This document shows, piece by piece, positions 61,001 through 64,000 of a stretch of DNA of 64,000 bases. Origin of the DNA: Cycas panzhihuaensis (lineage: Eukaryota > Plantae > Cycadophyta); NCBI GenBank assembly GCA_023213395.1, contig CM041465.1, positions 204,979,741-205,043,740 on the forward strand. The letters run 5' to 3'. Under the pieces are notes generated by a model. It worked only from the letters and a program-made list of their open reading frames with translations. It did not search any database and was not told the DNA's origin. A program made the position numbers and the translations under genes. The first letter of the stretch is position 1. Every line of letters starts with the position of its first letter.

Positions 61001-64000
61001 GCATGATAATATAATTCGTCACCTAAAATAATATAACATGAAAAAAGTAAACAGATTCATCATTTCTCTTCTTGAGTTAACTTAGATTTATAAGTTTATT
61101 TTTGAAGATAAATAATTATATTAAAATACCATTTTGAATCAATATCTAAGAGTACAATATACTTGCTTGGCAAAGAGTCATCAAAAGTTTAAACTACTTC
61201 TTTTTTAGGTATCAATATATCGATAATGTATTTTTCTATTACCATCGGTTTCTTTACATTGGTTAAGCAAATTTCAAGGTCAAATTTTTTGAGGAGGATT
61301 ATCCATCTTTTAGTATGACTAGAAAGATAAGGTTTGGTAAGCAAATACTTCAAGGGATTTGAGTTTACTATCACTTTAGAGGAGGCAAACAACAAGTAAT
61401 GCTATAATTTCTTAACAACATATATAATAACAAGATATTGGTGTTTGATCTTAGGGTAAGCTAACCCTAAATTAGAAAGAAGTTTACTAATATAATAAAT
61501 GACTTATTCTTTCCCAGAATTATCAAGTTACATCAAAATTATAAATACTAATAAATTTGAGAAAGTCTTATAAAGGATAAAATCCTTTGAAAAACTAAGA
61601 GGAGATAAGATAGGGGCTCGAACAAGAGCCTCTTTAAGAAGTTTAAAGTCCTCTTGACATGCTAAGTTCTAAATAAATAGAATATTCTTGTGACAAAATC
61701 AATTTAGAAGTTGATATTTTGAAGCAAGATTAGTTATAAAACATTATAAATAACCTATTTTACCTGGAAAGGATTTTATTTTGGTAATAATCATGGGTGG
61801 GGGCATGCCCAAAACAACTTAAACTTTATCGAGATCGATACTGATCCTATGAACACTAACTATGAAACTGAGAAGTTTTTTGACTATAACACCAAAAACA
61901 CATTTAGTAGGATTCAAACAAATGAGATATTTAATACACCTTTCAAATATGAATCTTAAGTCATGTATATGGTTAATGCACTTAAGTGATCATCCATTTA
62001 GATCACTAACATATGCATTTACTAAATTATGAGAAATGAGATCATAAAATGTAGTCGTCATTGCTCATTGATATATAGCACCAACATTGATAAGCCCAAA
62101 TGACATTACACAATAAACATAAGTACCCATTGAGGTAGTGAATGATGTTTTTATTTGGTTTTTTTTAGATAGATGAATTTGGTTACAACTAGAGAAATTG
62201 TCCATCAAAGTCATTGCTTTAAAACTAGCAGTTGAACCAATAATTATGTCAATGAATGACAAAGGATAAATATCCTTATGACATGCCTTATTAACTTGAT
62301 GAAAGTCAATACAAGCTTGAATAATTCTATTTTTCTTCATAATAGGAACTATATTTGATACTCACTTTGGATAATTGATAGGATAAATGAATTTTTTTCT
62401 TAAAAATTTTTAAATTTCATTTTAATGAGTTGAGATAGTTGAGGCTTTATTGGTCTTTATTTTCGTCTAACAGGATGAGCATAAAGATGAGTGACAATGT
62501 TATGAATAATAATGCTTGGATCTATACCAAGCATATTATCACAAGACCATGCAAAGACTTTATAACATTTTCTAAAAAGGTTTATGTGAGCTTGACACTC
62601 ATGAAGGATACACTCAACATCAAATTTAATTATTTGAGGAGATGAAGTTATAGAAATATTGACATCAACACTTTTACCAACCAATATTGGATAACTCTCT
62701 TTAATATGTTTAGGAGTAAGTGGAAAAATATTATTAAATCCAAATTGTTGGATTATAGAAAAAGTGAAGGTAGTTTGAAGAACTTCTTCACCATTTAAAG
62801 CATCAAGTTCATTAGGAAAAGACTCAAATTTAATTGATTTAGGAATGGGGTAATAAGGATGTTAATATTTGCTATGAAAATCATCTTGAGTCTTATCATT
62901 AGTAAATAAGAAGCTGAAGATGGCATCATCATCTTAGAATAAGTCCAATGAAGTTACATAATCAGTCTTAATGAGAAAAATTCCTTATTCAGAAGTAGAT
63001 GGAGGAAATTCATAAGGAATAACAATTCCATAAGTACTTAAACCCATATTGTTTATTTGTTGTTCTTGATCAATATCAAGGTATATGCTAATCTCAAGAT
63101 TGAGCATTTCTATAGGTTCTTTAGAATAAAATTCAGATAATTTAACGACTTTTACATGATTACCATTAAGAAATCAGATTTCTTTAACTAATGATGATGG
63201 TATAACTTGCATTGCTTGAATCCAAGGTTGACTTAGAAGAATGCTATCATCTAGGGCCATATCAACAACCTCAATGTTGATTTTAATTATTTTGCCTTTA
63301 AATGCAACATGTAGATTAGCAAATTTTCCACATGGTTAAATGCTTTGTAACATCAAAACCCTTAATGCAAGTAAGATTTTTGTCCAACTTTTTGTGTTAC
63401 AAATCATGCATATACGATAAAGTAATAACATTAAGGGATAATCCATCGTCAATAACAACATGATGGATAATTGTGTCAAATAATTACCTTGATCATAGAA
63501 GGTCTAGGATTAGGTTGAGTTGAGATATCAACAAGAAGTAAAGGTAGGTCAAAGGATAAAATGCATGAAGAAGTTTCAAAAGATTGTATTCCAAAGGCAT
63601 TGAGGTAACTCTATCTCTACGAAGGACAATGCTCCAATACATCCTATAATGATATTCTTGGTGAAATATTTTTTAAATCATTAATAAGGAAATATGGGGT
63701 CAAAGCTCTATTCTATATTATTAGAAGAGAAGATTTAAAAACCTTTGAAGTGCAGGGATTGGAGACTATAACAAGTAACTTATATTCCTTTGACTTAGGA
63801 TTAGAATCAACATTATACTTTACATCTTGTTAATGGGTTTAAACTACCAAGATGCCAGATAGATCAATGTTATCAAGCTCAATTAGATGTATTTGTGATA
63901 CAGGCTTCTTATCAACTACTTTACTTGTTGGAATATTGATAATACACATTTGTTTTATCCCACATGTAAGTGGATCCCACTCTCATTATATAGACATGTA
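58003..64000 (-). mobile_element. Decayed Tat-clade gypsy element with TatIII-type order PR-RT-RH-INT-aRH; continues beyond window end
   Basis: Protease VVIDDGLSLNV at ~63440; RT CIDF..NKAC.KD.YPL..ID..MDNFSS.NQI (ORF 62065-62340); RH NPLKYLL..RWIILLKKFDL (61189-61395); integrase FSKWGLDL at ~60750 ending INTFHLKTYY at ~59910; extra RNase H at 58840-59220. Probable LTR terminus at 58003. Confidence 0.85.
58840..59220 (-). pseudogene. Additional 'archaeal-type' RNase H (aRH) domain of the Tat element
   Basis: Manual translation: *SIHIDGTSRGNPCPS...WIIRD...TNNLVEFKVVITAL...YSNSQMLVSQ...HISCL, matching the aRH consensus FDGASRGNPG..TNNxAEY..DSQLVVxQ..HI.R. Confidence 0.88.

Overview
This is eukaryotic (plant) nuclear DNA, most likely from a gymnosperm. 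That is inferred from a Tat-clade retrotransposon whose extra RNase H lies downstream of integrase, and from dense, old, C-to-T-eroded LTR nests. There is one intact host gene, an F-box only protein 13 (FBX13)-like CDS at ~29.5-30.8 kb, followed by a ~1.75 kb tandem duplicate of its 3' half and downstream flank (pseudogene). Nearly everything else is retroelement: a full-length Ty1/copia with paired LTRs and TSD (11533-21383) carrying a nested 2.5 kb non-autonomous gag-only LTR element; a related internally deleted copia whose LTR forms a ~310 bp inverted repeat just upstream of FBX13; a 5'-truncated L1 LINE with poly(A) and TSD; a tandem pair of chromoviruses sharing one LTR; and a four-level nest ending in a TatIII-type element. 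The most interesting signals are a conserved, apparently base-paired RNA module and a repeated 22-nt motif in the long 5' leaders of two otherwise divergent copia elements, the LTR fold-back next to the gene, and the gag-only passenger element. No rRNA, tRNA or CRISPR features were seen. All alignments and identities are by eye.
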